A DNA stretch of 58,511 nt, filler included, from Circinaria calcarea (lineage: Eukaryota): NCBI GenBank assembly GCA_051942165.1. It is 4 parts of 4 records of this genome, joined end to end, with 100 filler letters (N's around TTAATTAATTAA, not from the genome) between each part and the next. Parts side by side here need not be neighbours in the genome. Positions count along the whole stretch, not along the records: positions 1 to 14,568 come from JAVECS010000417.1; positions 14,669 to 29,217 come from JAVECS010000418.1; 2 more parts are not named here. The stretch is one strand, 5' to 3'. Below the pieces are notes generated by a model. It had not been told where the DNA came from, did no database searches, and saw only the letters and a program-made list of their open reading frames with translations. The position numbers and the translations under genes are program-made. Below are positions 13,174-25,096 of this stretch, piece after piece (within the stretch, counting starts at the first letter, position 1; every line of letters starts with the position of its first letter).

Positions 13174-14477
13174 GCATATGGCGGAGGACTTGACGGGCTT
13201 GATGAAGGATTTACGTATTCATTTCTTTTTCGCCGGACTATGTCCGGTACTTTACCCGCCTGAAAGGCCAAAGCACACGCATTCTTTTACTGTGCTATTA
13301 TTTCGTTGAGCAAGCAGTGTCTTAACTGAATTTTTCATCAAGGTATTTACATGGATGAATTAGCTGGAAGTCGTATAAACGAGAATTGTTTGCCAACGAA
13401 AAATCACATCAGCAATTGCTACGTGAAAACTCCCGAAATATTTTGATTAATAATATAATAAAAGAACATGCTATACCTTTATCAAATGTCTTGCCTTTCC
13501 GCTTTCTCGGCCTCGAGGATCCGAATGTCTGGTTCGGAATGTGCGGCATCCCCATGCAGTCATTAGAGGGAAAACCCCCTGAGATTGTCAGTTCCTCAAT
13601 GTTAAGACGTATGGTGATCTACGGATTTTCTAATAAGGTCTCCAGCCTTTTCTTATATATAAAACTATTGCGTCTTGACTCTCTTGATATGCTGTAACGC
13701 ATATGAGCCTCTACCACCGCATTCCTACCGCAGGCCGAAGGGAAGAAGCCTGCGCCAGAAAAATAGGCCCCCAAAATAGTAAACACGTCGGCGAGTAAGG
13801 TGGACGAAACTTTCACCTCGCCAGCAGACCTTCGCGTTACAGGTAACTACGAACGCGTAATTACTCGTAGCGACATAGCCCTTCACGTAAGGGCATCAAC
13901 CTTGAGACTTACACTCCAAACTCTGTAAAAGTTTGATCAGTCTGTTGTAGTTGTTGAAGTTCAACGGGTTTACTTGGCCCAGCCCTAAAACTAACCTAAT
14001 CGAGGTTTACACTTTTCATCGTCGAATGTCGATGTGAGGATCAGTGCTGGAGGCGGACTCCAGCCAGATGGATTACACCTCAAGGTAGTATCCAGATCGT
14101 GCAGCAGCCTCAATGCGGGGGAAATTAAAGTTGCCTAAGCTTTGTGGCGTCGTGGCTTTGGACCAATGACTTCATCGCTCTAAAACAAGTCGATCTATTT
14201 CGGCCTTTTGCTGAAGTTGTTGTTTACAGTTTGATTCGGCAGGAATCAAGGAAATCAACTTTGCCCACAACTTCCACTTTCTGACTTTACTTTCGTACCC
14301 GCTGTAACCTGTTGAACATGAACATACAATAACAAACGGTATTCTCATTGCTACATCTCCTAAACCTACACGCCCTGCCATCTTTTCTTGAGCATCGACA
14401 AAACCGCTGGTGCCTTCGCCCCAAGTCAGTGGTGACTTGTTGAAGCATACCTCTTTGTTATTCCTTATTCGCCCAGA

Positions 14478-14568
14478 ATGAAATACGCATCATGGGTCGT
14501 GGCGACCATCCTTATTCCTGTCATCTCAGCCTCTCCAGCTCTACCAAAAGCCTCGGCGGCACAGGAAG
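14478..14568 (+). CDS. 5' fragment of a probable secreted protein, cut by the contig end
   Basis: ATG followed by signal-peptide-like MKYASWVVATILIPVISASPALPKASAAQE, open up to the gap. Confidence 0.45.
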
Positions 14569-14668
14569 NNNNNNNNNNNNNNNNNNNNNNNNNNNNNNNN
14601 NNNNNNNNNNNNTTAATTAATTAANNNNNNNNNNNNNNNNNNNNNNNNNNNNNNNNNNNNNNNNNNNN
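14569..14668. other. Artificial contig linker N44-TTAATTAATTAA-N44
   Basis: Exact 100-nt spacer with stops in all six frames. Confidence 0.98.
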
Positions 14669-14716
14669 TAACTGTACATTTCTACACTATTTGCGACCTG
14701 GCTCATCCCACCATAG

Positions 14717-15861
14717 TGAGAGTCATGTCGGTGCCCCCTTCGTCGCTACCTTTGGCGAAACCCTCTCTATGCTCCGTAAACTCTTCCAGACAACAGACCC
14801 GGCATCCCAGCCCTTTGTCGTTTCTGGCAGCGGTACCCTAGGCTGGGATATGGTAGCGGCAAACCTGGCAGAAAGAGGTGACGACGTCTTGGTCCTGCAC
14901 ACTGGGTATTTTGCCGACTCCTTCACGGACTGCTTTGAGACGTACAGCGTTAACGCCACGCAACTCAAGGCTCCAATCGGGGATCGACCGCAATTACCAG
15001 AGGTGGAGAAAGCACTGAAAGAAAAGAAGTACAAGTTGATTACCGTCACACACGTGGACACCTCAACGGGCGTGCTGAGTGAGATCAAGGCCCTCTCGGA
15101 GCTGGTACACCGTGTTAGCCCAGAAACACTTGTTGTCGTCGATGGTGTGTGTAGTGTGGGGTGTGAAGAGATATGCTTTGATGATTGGGGTCTTGACGTG
15201 GTCTTGACCGCGAGTCAAAAAGCCATAGGATGCCCAGCAGGCCTGTGCATAATGATGTGCTCTGGACGAGCAATTGAAAGCTTCAAGAACAGAAAAACAT
15301 CACCGGCATCATATTTTGCCTCATTCAGAAATTGGCTACCAAGTACGTCCATCTTGTCCCATGTAACCCAAGGCACTCGGAAACCACTCTCAGTTCACTG
15401 ACATAATGGTGCCACAAACAGTAATGCAAAACTACGAAGCCAAGAAGCCCTCTTACTTTGCCACTCCTTCTCCTCAACTGATACACGCGCTTCACACAAG
15501 CTTAACCCAAATCCTCTCACTACCCCTCTCTGCACGCTTTGCCCGCCACCGGGAAGTTTCTCAACATATCAAGTCCACTATCACATCCCTCGGTCTCGAG
15601 CAGCTCGCCTCCAAACCCGAGAACCAAGCAAATGGCATGACAGCAATGTACCTACCTGAGGGTATTTCACCACCCGAGATCTTGCCGCATCTTTTGAAGA
15701 AGGGAGTCGTATTTGCTGGAGGCCTGCACAAGGCTATTGCAGCGCGCTATATACGATTCGGACATATGGGCGTCAGTATCATGGACGAGAAGAGGGATGA
15801 TGTGGAAAGGGCGCTGGCTGCATTGAAAGATGGGTTAAGTAAGGTTGGGTACAAGGTCTAG
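14717..15861 (+). CDS. Alanine-glyoxylate / serine-pyruvate aminotransferase (class V PLP), 5'-partial
   Basis: SGSGTLGWD, THVDTSTG, VDGVCS, PLP lysine motif TASQKAIG, YFATP and RFGHMG. Exons 14717-15342 and 15422-15861. Confidence 0.93.
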
Positions 15862-16337
15862 CAATAGCATTGTTCGGAAGTATAAGAGGTGTTTCAAACA
15901 CGTCATTCTTGTAAATACCTAAGAAGGGGAAATAGTGCTTATAGATTCCTTTTGGCAGTATAGGCGAGACTATGATAGGCTTAAAAAGATGGCAACCGTT
16001 GGATGCGTAGGTACCTACTCTCATAGAATATCTTTCTATATAGCACCTACCTGTCTCCAAGAAGCTATAGCACCTAAATGATACATTATAGCACGGGAAG
16101 TCAATGGTCATGTGCCAAGCATTTTCGCTTAAGAGCTTGGGCCAGTGACTTCTGCTCAACACTCTTCGCTTGTACTCTCTCAACCGCCAACCTTCCAGCC
16201 AGAAACCTTTTCTACGCAAAGTTTCTCTTGTAAACATGTATGATAAGCTTTCCCGTACCAATCCCTTGTCGGTGCGAGCGTCGTGGGCAGCTATCAACCG
16301 TCGCATCTAAGCCGGGACTGAATAAGCCTCGATCATC

Positions 16338-17776
16338 ATGGAACGACATGCCATCTCGAAGTTCAGATTTCCAAGTTTGCCTAGGGAGATTTATGATCTG
16401 GTAAGCGTATTTTCATTAGTCCTGAGACATTGCAGTCTACCGATAATCAATGCCTTACCCTTTGGTGAAGCTAGTCGCTAACCTTCTACCCTATGGTCTG
16501 CTAGATTGTTCATCACGTAGAGGATCTTAAATTTGAGGACAGCAGTTATTCAGCAAGACCGGACGAGGTTATCAGTACCATAAAACGGCAAGACCTCGCA
16601 AATTTGCGCCTTGTCAGCAGAGACTTCGGCGATAGTGCTTCTCGCCGTCTCTTCAGAGTAGTTGATGCCAACTTTCATGCCGGCTTATTGGGCGATGAAA
16701 GTCGAGACCGAGCTCTGGCTAGACTTCACGAACTTTCTCGTAGCAAGTACGCTTCTTTCGTCCGACAAGTCTTTGTTGGTGTGAATTGGCTGTCAGGACC
16801 AATGCTGGAAGACGATGGTCCTGCTTTGAGGGCCTATATTGAAGACTTCGAAGCCGTACTACCAGCTTGCTTGAACAGCTTTCATGGTTTATCTAGACTG
16901 GCTATCTACGCACCGAGGACTGATAATATCCTCAACTGCTTTGACTTTTTACCTGAGGACCCCTGGCTTTCACTTGGAAAAACAGTCAAGCACGCCCTGC
17001 TGCATATTCCGCTCCCGGAGCTAACAGACCTCCGACTCGTGCTGCCTGGAACCTATAGCTTTGCAAGCTTGGTGAAGTCCTCGGAATCTGTTCCTTCTAC
17101 TCCTTGCCGGATGCCGCTTGAAAACGTCATGAACGGACTACGTCATCTTGATGTTTGCATTATCAATTACAGTAACTTACCCTATCGTATGGAATCCGTG
17201 ACGGAGATCGAACAAGCGTCTTGGAATGCAGCCAACGACCGCGATTTTTTTCGATTTATTCAGATGGCAAGTCGTCTCGAGTCAATACGAATCGAAGTCG
17301 ACAGCTGTGAAGGTGGATTCTCCCTCGATATAGACTCATTAGATATCCTGAAGGTGCAACATCTATGCAACTTGGAGCTGCTTAATATTACAATCTCCTC
17401 TGAAACATTCTTGCAGATAATCGAGCAGCACCATCGGAGTCTCCGCGCTATTGATCTTTTCTGCGTGGAGCTAAAGGACGGCACATGGGAAGCGATCTTG
17501 CTCAGGCTATGCTCTCTTCCGTGTCTTCTCTACTTCCAAGTCAGTTATATTGGATATATTGAAGTGATCCGTCTAGCGCAGGCGTCCGATCTTTCAGTGC
17601 ACGGAATAGATAATGCTGAAAATGAAGATATTCTAAGCTTCAACTTTCAAGACTTCTATGCTCTGGGTAAGCTACAAAGGATGATTAAGGCGAATCGCGA
17701 GGCCGCTGGACTTTGTCCAATGATGGATCAAGACATGAAGCGGATTCACCTCGTTTCTAATACTACTATAGGGTAA
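16338..17776 (+). CDS. F-box-like / LRR-like hypothetical protein
   Basis: Exon 16338-16400 (FPSLPREIYDL) splices in frame to 16505-17776 (IV...DLANLRLVSRDF), followed by LxxLxL-type segments. Confidence 0.6.
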
Positions 17777-19745
17777 TAAGCTAAAACTGTGGGAATCTCT
17801 TGAGTTTCGCAGTAGGATGATGGTCCGAAGAGATAGTTATGGACAGTGGTTATGCGGACTTCCTTTTCATTGCAACAATCGAACGCTCAGAAAGCCAACA
17901 GGAAGCTTTTACTTTCTATTTCCTTCCTTGGAATAGATTGTACGAGGCTAGTGGAACAGGCAACCTACTCTTTCTTCACATTCAGCTGTACTACTTGTAA
18001 TCACGTTTAACTGCGAAGGACTTTAGTAACTTAACTCTAGTTCATATCCCTCCCCCTTGAGGTGATTTATTATCCTGATTTGCTCATTAAATCTACCAAG
18101 GACAACAAGCACTTCAAAGGTCGAAAACATCCACAATCCCTACCCCTATCCTCAAACCTCAAACACTCTTCGGTTGCTGCTTTCCACGCAACTCCTCACT
18201 ACCCTGCCATCGTCCTATTCCCTCCTATTGTTATTCAGTGCAATCAGGGCACACAGAATAACTACATTGACGTTAATACAAATTGCCAACCATATACATA
18301 TTCTATAAAGAAGAAAAGCAATAGCCATAGCCTCAATATAACACAATCATAGTGACTGTAGGATTGGCTTCTACAACATGGGGTAGTGGAAACCCCACCC
18401 CCCCCTCCCCCATAGACCCTGCATGCAAGCCATGATAGCGCTTAGCCATGATAGCTTGAATCGAATAACGTAAGGTCAAATGGAACAATATAAGGTTGAA
18501 TCGAATGACACAAGGTTGATTCGTGACATAAAGGTACTACTTTGGATGGAGGAAGATGGACAAGGGCGTAACGGAGCACTGGTATGTCCCTTGGTGTGTG
18601 CAAGATAATTGCAGTCAATTTCCCAGCTGAATGCAGCCAATTTCTAAGGCAATCATTGTATTTCCTATCGGAACAACCGTGACTAGATATATCGAGGCCT
18701 GAAGGGTAGAGTAAAATAGGCCGCATTACAACTTTACAACCTTTATTACATTTCCAGCGAAAGGTGAGAACAGCACGGTAGAGCAATAAAATTCCCCCGA
18801 TACGGGTTCTACCACTCGATATGTCACAGCCAAATAACATGGGAGATTCGATGATAGTTTGTTAAATTAGCATTATCCCTCCTAAAACTTCAGAATTACC
18901 ACAACTCCCACAAACAAAAACAACAAATGAACACAAGACTTACCTCGTTCCCTTCCCTCATTCTTTTCCTTCTACTTTCCCTTTTCCCCATTCCCCGATG
19001 ACCTTTCGGGTCAGTAGTGGGGCAGTTGCCGGCTTGCGTGTTTGAGGCAAGCCTCTCTTCAGGGGGATCACGTCACCGACTTTAGGCACGGGTTTGCCTT
19101 GGTGGTTGGGGCTGCAAGGTGCGGATTTTCGGAGTGGCTGATGCAGGGGCAGTCGTAGTGAGGGTGGATGGTAATGCACATTATGGCTTTTGAGAACGGG
19201 GTTGTTTGGGTTTTGGAAGATTTGGGAATTTTTTCCTGTTTGACTGGGGTCTTTCGGAATGACTTTTTTGTGTGGTTGAAAGAGTAGGTGGGACTTGATA
19301 GGGAAGGGAATGAGAGTGTGGTTGGCAGGAAGGTTTTGTAATTGAGTAAGTGAAAGGGGTATAGTGGCACTACCTGGTTACAATGCAGATAGAAGTCACC
19401 TTGACATATAATACGAGGATAGTTTTCGGCAACATAGAAAGTTTCCCATGTAATGCAGAACCAAAGTTAGCAAAGGTATTTGGAGGAATGAGAAAACAAT
19501 GTCGATATAATTATTTTTGGGGACAATGAGCAAGGTCGGATTACCGCAATTGGGTAACTAGTTTGATTGTGAGAAAGAGCTCATCGATAAGGTGAGAGAT
19601 GTGCTTTACCGGCAGATGTTGCGTGTAAACTTATTATGAGAGGGTGCTATAGCAGATATATTCTAGTATTGAGGAGACCGCCATGATGGTTTTTACGAAA
19701 ATATATTCGATATAGCAGTGGACAGGCTAAATATATAATAGTAAC

Positions 19746-20012
19746 ATATTTGGGGGGTTTTGGATTTTTTTATGCTCGGAGGATGTTAGGTAGGCCCGGA
19801 ATAATAGTATTCCCAGCCAATCGATATCTTGTACCTTCATAACGGAGCTATATTATGCTAGTGGAGCCCTTCTGGCCAATATACCGGCTCAAATTCTGCG
19901 CCAACAAGGTAAGCCTGCCACCTGGGCTTTACGACATCTGGCTTAGAGTATCGGTGCCGGGTTACCGTGCATAACATTGTTCTTACTAGAAAAAACAAAA
20001 CCCCCCAAATAT
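19746..20012. mobile_element. Candidate MITE-like element, 267 bp, with 17-bp perfect inverted repeats
   Basis: atatttggggggttttg (19746-19762) is the reverse complement of caaaaccccccaaatat (19996-20012). Interior is non-coding and AT-rich. Confidence 0.4.
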
Positions 20013-21226
20013 TAAATTCCGGTACTGTTACGGAACCCGACTGTCAGCAAAATACCTCAGCCTCGAGAGTTTCCGGATCCTTCAATCCAACCATAGTACT
20101 CCGTAAGCGGACTGGTGATTGGTGATTGGTAACTTGGGCACTGGAGATCGCTGACTGGGCCCAAATGTTTCCTGCAAGTTCCCGGCAAGGCAAGTATCAA
20201 TCGATGATCTCAAGCTGGTTGCGGCTCAATGGTTGGAGGTATTCTAACGACGAATATCTGGCACGCACCCGGTGAAAGCAGTCTAGGCTGAAAGGAGCAG
20301 AAAGCGTTGGAAAGCATGTTTGGGGGCAGGAAGCAGAGAAACCCTGTCCCGGGCACACACAATGGTTCTGGCAATTCGATAGGTTCCACTTACATAGCAA
20401 CACAAGCACATAGACACTCATAAGCTTTCTGCATTGACGGAGACGTAAAGTCGCTCCGGCTTGTCCCCAGGTTTTCCCCGGGAAGATGCCTTTTACAACT
20501 TGAGCGCACTCCCTTACCTACTCCTACGCAATCCCCGTTCCCCTTTTACTCCCACGCACACCTGTCCCTATATATTTTCACCACCACACGGCTTAGATCT
20601 ATTTCCGCCGCCGGAAAGTCTGGTCGCCGTGATCTACATAATACATTTCATTCAACAGGGAGAGATTACTAGTGGTTGGCCTCCTTCATCGACGGGCATT
20701 GAGCTTCCAAAAAAGGGTGTAAAAGGTGGAACCGAGGAGCAAGGTGACCGATTGTGCCAAGGTGTAGAAAAGAAGGGATCTGGATATCCTCCTAGTAAAT
20801 AGAACAGGTCAAGTGTCAGTACTCTTTTACTTACAAGTCATCTACTAACTATTACCGTATAGGGGCAGTTCAGGATTATGCCGTGGGGTTACTCCGGAGC
20901 CTTTGGCAGGCGAGAATGACTGGAGGGGCGCGTGGCCCGTGCAGATATTCGCCGATATCTATTCACTGAGCACAATTTGTGATAACCTAAGGTAGAGTAT
21001 CAGATTGCTCTCAGTGGCAACTTTACCCGGACCACCCGAGACAACCGACCTTGCTCTGCGCACGTCCATGCCGCTGCCGGTCGCCTTGCTTCTGTGACTT
21101 CTCTGGTCTTGAAGACATAAGGTAGTCAAGGCCACAGCCAGTGTTTTCATTCCTGCACTGCACATTCCAGTGCCTAGGTGTCAAAGTCAGCTCGTTCGAT
21201 CGGCTTTGGCCGCACACCTTGTCGCC

Positions 21227-22701
21227 ATGGACACAGCCATAGCCTCGCTTCTTTCCCAAGTCCATACCTTTGGGAATCAGCTCTCCTCCTCACCAGATGC
21301 CGAGACACGGTCGAAGTTACGAAAGGCAGTCACGAAGTTGAGTCTGGCACTGGAAGAGCCCGGAGATGTCTTGGAGCGAATCAGTATGCAGGTGAAGATA
21401 GCCTTGCTGACCGGCTTTCCCCGAGAATCATCTAACTCGCTGCGTAGTTTATGGAAGTCGTTGCCATTCGAATCGCCATCAATCTAGGATTGTTCCAAAT
21501 CTTGCTGAAGAGTGAAAAGCCCAAGAGCCTTGCTGAACTAGCCACGGAGACCGGGGCGGATGCTACCCTCCTCGGTATGTCGGTCGTACCTGTCTCCCTT
21601 TCCATTAAGAGGATTTGCGGCCGATGGAGAATGCAGGTCGCATTTTACGGACGCTCGCTTCTGTCGGAGCTGTTGAACAAGTTGAGGATGAGTCATACGT
21701 TCCTACCACAGTCTCACGGACCATGGTCGTACCTAAGCTGGCTGCTGGGGTAATATACACATATGTAGCAATTCCCGATATGATCAAAACTAAACCGCAA
21801 ATCTCGAATCTTCGACTACGTGATACTAAACAAAGACGCTTTTCACTCTAGATTCGATTGGCTTTCCCCGATTTGGAACTATCTGCCTAAATACCTAGCC
21901 GAGACGAATTATCAAAACCCTACCGATTCCAATCATACTCCCTTCAACCTAGTGTACAGGACGGCAGAAAGGTGCATGCTATACACTGATCGGCATCCGG
22001 AATGGAAGGAACCCTTCCAGCTTTATATGTCTGGTTTCAATGAAGGTCGGGCTAACTGGATGGACTTCTTCCTCGTCGAAGAGAAGCTTGGTAAGGGGGT
22101 TTGCCGTGATGAAGACGCTATTCTGTTCGTCGACGTCGGCGGTGGGTTCGGACATCAAGCTGTTGCTTTGAGGAAGAGATTTCCTAACCTTCCTGGCCGT
22201 TTTGTGCTCCAAGATCTTCCAAGTGCGGTGGCAGGTCTCCAATTAGAAGGCGTTGAAGCCACGGTACATGATTTTCTCAGGCCACAACCCTTGAAGGGTA
22301 AGAACAAAGACTATTCTCGGTCGCTTGATAGCTATTCCAATCCCTTGCAAGCTATACTGACCGTAACCTCCCTTTGCAGGTGCTCGCGCTTACTACTTCC
22401 GTAATGTTCTCCACGACTGGAGCGACGAAATGTGCCATACAATTCTTACCGAGACCCGTCAAGCCATGTCCCTTTTTACAGCAAACTGCTTATCAACCAA
22501 TGGGTCATTCCTACACGGCACTCTACTCGTTTCATGACATTTCAGGATTTGAACATGATGGCTTTACTGGCGGCGACGGAACGGACGGAGACGCAATGGG
22601 AGGAGTTGTTGGACAAAGCGGGATTCCGGATCGTGCAGATCTGGCAGCCGAATGACGATGTGAGCGAGAGTCTGATCGAGGCTGTGGTTAAATACGGATG
22701 A
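21227..22701 (+). pseudogene. SAM-dependent O-methyltransferase (Methyltransf_2, OmtB-like) with a frameshift and an aberrant splice donor
   Basis: VDVGGGFGH, VLQDLP, HDFLRPQP.KGARAYYFRNVLHDWSD and ERTETQWEELL. One-base frameshift at about 22470-22472. Intron 3 donor reads ATATGT at 21761. Confidence 0.8.
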
Positions 22702-22989
22702 ATGGTGAAAATCTAAACTGGATCCAGACAGCAACGGGAGCGGATTACAGGAAGGCGTAGGATGTAGCTTTGAAAAGAATCGACATGGAAGATACAGCAC
22801 ACTTTGGCTCAACCCAATTACAAAAAGGAGAAAATGGCTTCAGACAACCTATTGGTTTGTTCAGCAATAAGAAACGATAGAAATGAAGGCTAGCTTCCAC
22901 CAACGGAATACGTGTTTTATCAGTTTGCCAGTTTGCCAACCGACATTCAATGATTCGATGAAGCTTTTGTACATACATGATACACATAA

Positions 22990-24480
22990 CTGGTTACCGA
23001 AATTAATGTTTCTCATTGTAGAGCGTCCCCCCCCTTTTTTTTAAAAAAAATCCAAAGGGCCCTCTTATTCAAAGATTTCCCAATCTTAGCACCCGATAGC
23101 AGCATAGACGAGTCCTAAACTACACTGCACTAACTAACAGTATACAGTAAGGTATTTTACCGACGGTAACCAAACCATATATAATCACGCGGAGCGCGCG
23201 CGCACGTGAGATTTTTCAAACAAGGACTTTTTTTACATATACAGCATGTACACACCCTCCTTTCCCCCCCCTAAAAACCTTACGCTTTTTTTTTCTTTTT
23301 TTTTTTTTGGCAGACTTGCCCCTAAGAATAGAAAAGAAAAAGGCTTAGAGTAGTTGTATGGGTATAAGTATGGGTATAGTACTACCGGAAGTTTTATGTA
23401 TATATTTATTTATATGAACAGTGTTTTTCTGTTGTTTTGGCCCAGATGGTTAAATGGTCAGATGGTCAGATGGTCAGAATAGGCTTCTTTACGCTGATTT
23501 TGTTTCTGAAGCACCCCCGACTGACTGGCTCTGAGCCAAAAGTTAAAACCTCTAAAGCACCAGATGGCTTTTCCCTACGTCAGTTTTGCCTCTGAAGCAC
23601 CCCTAATTAAGCATATTCCCATGCTTACAGTAGGTGGTTTGGTTTCGGGATTTACCCACCCAAAGCTTTTTGAAACTGACTCTCTTTCTGAGCCATGTAA
23701 GGGTGCTAGGAAAAGCTAGACTTGTATTAGGGATAGAGTCACTCCATGGCGTACGATTACCAGAGCATAATATTGGTCTATTATTGTCCTATATATTTAG
23801 TTACAAGCATGTTATTCTAAAAAACGAGGAACAGCCAGCTGATATAGATGGTTTGCTCAGACGGCTCTCACTGCCAAGTCCTCCGAGCGTCCTAAACCAA
23901 ACCCCATGCTCACTTAGCTCTTACTGCCAAGTCCCCTGAGCACCCTAAGCCCTCGCATGCTCAAGTGGTTCTGATGCCAAAGCTCTCTGAGCATTCCTGA
24001 GCATCAGCGGTGTAGGTCCCCCCCACCCCCCGGTGTCACACGTCAGTAGTATGGCGTACCATAGCGCCATCATAAAAAGCTCAAAGTATTTAAATATAGG
24101 AGGGGTGAGTGCACAACTATACGACCTCTTAGTAGAACCGTTATTGCATTTGAAGGTTATCGAACTAGCTACGCTCTTACTGGCAGAGATATACTCTGCC
24201 ACTATTACGCTAAGCCCCGGTTACTATAGGTGCCATGACTATAGTCGTGGCAGTTAGCGATTAGGAACGCGACCGTATTTTAATTAAAGTCGTATACAGA
24301 TTTCATTTGGTTATTTGTACCGGTATACGATTTAATTGTTATAACGCGTTGTTTATTTTATTAAAAATTAATTTTAATTTTATTTCCTGTTCTGCACTGC
24401 CACCACTGCTTTCGTAATTGGGTGAGCCGAGTATTCGAAAATAGAAAAATACGGAGGAGGTAATAATAAGAGGGAACATA
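22990..24480. repeat. AT/TpA-rich low-complexity region, probable RIP-decayed repeat remnants
   Basis: Long A/T/C homopolymers, (ggtcagat)x3 near 23456, duplicated tctgaagcacccc, frequent TA and no credible ORF. Confidence 0.45.
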
Positions 24481-24485
24481 ATTAT

Positions 24486-24666
24486 TGTCGTGTTGCCAGC
24501 TCTGGGTAAGCTACCCCTGACAGACAGGCTTGGGCGGCCCGCGCAGCCCTACAGGGCCATTGTATTTAGCTTCGTGCAGCTATTCTAGTTTACAATCCCA
24601 TCCATCTTATATTGAATATATACTTTATATACTATGGACTTGGGAGCACGCTATCAAGACGTGATA
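24486..24666. mobile_element. Possible degenerate solo LTR
   Basis: Begins TGTCGTG and ends CGTGATA (CA>TA would fit RIP). Flanks attat/atgat match 4 of 5 as a target-site duplication. Confidence 0.25.
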
Positions 24667-25096
24667 ATGATGGACTTTTTGATAGCGTTGGAATATGATG
24701 GAAGGTAAGGTGTGGATATGCGTGCAGAAGTTCTGCACACCCGCGCATATTCCATATAGAATACTCCCGGAGGAATCATTGAACCCTTATTTTACAAGTT
24801 TGCTGCACTGCACTGCTTCAAAGTGGGTAAGCTATAGGGTCATTACTATCTATCATAAAGTACGACTATAAACCTTTAGTAATTCGATAGCTCCAACCCG
24901 TTCGAATTTCCCCTTCCAAATGCTTAGTTAGGTACAACGTGACCATAGGTATTTCATCAGATAGTAATTAGTAACCGAGCAAATTACATTTCAGACGATG
25001 ATCTATATATCCTCCGATAACTTTTTCTTTTGTTGGGTAAGCACTTTGCTCGCGATTTCAGAATCGCTGATAGATATCTCAACGTTTTTAAGGCGC

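Noticed and set aside
14613..14624. TTAATTAATTAA as a biological motif
   Set aside because: Identical six-frame-stop spacer centred in N runs three times; an assembly artefact.
14478..15861. Signal peptide fused to the aminotransferase
   Set aside because: The two parts lie on different contigs separated by the artificial linker.
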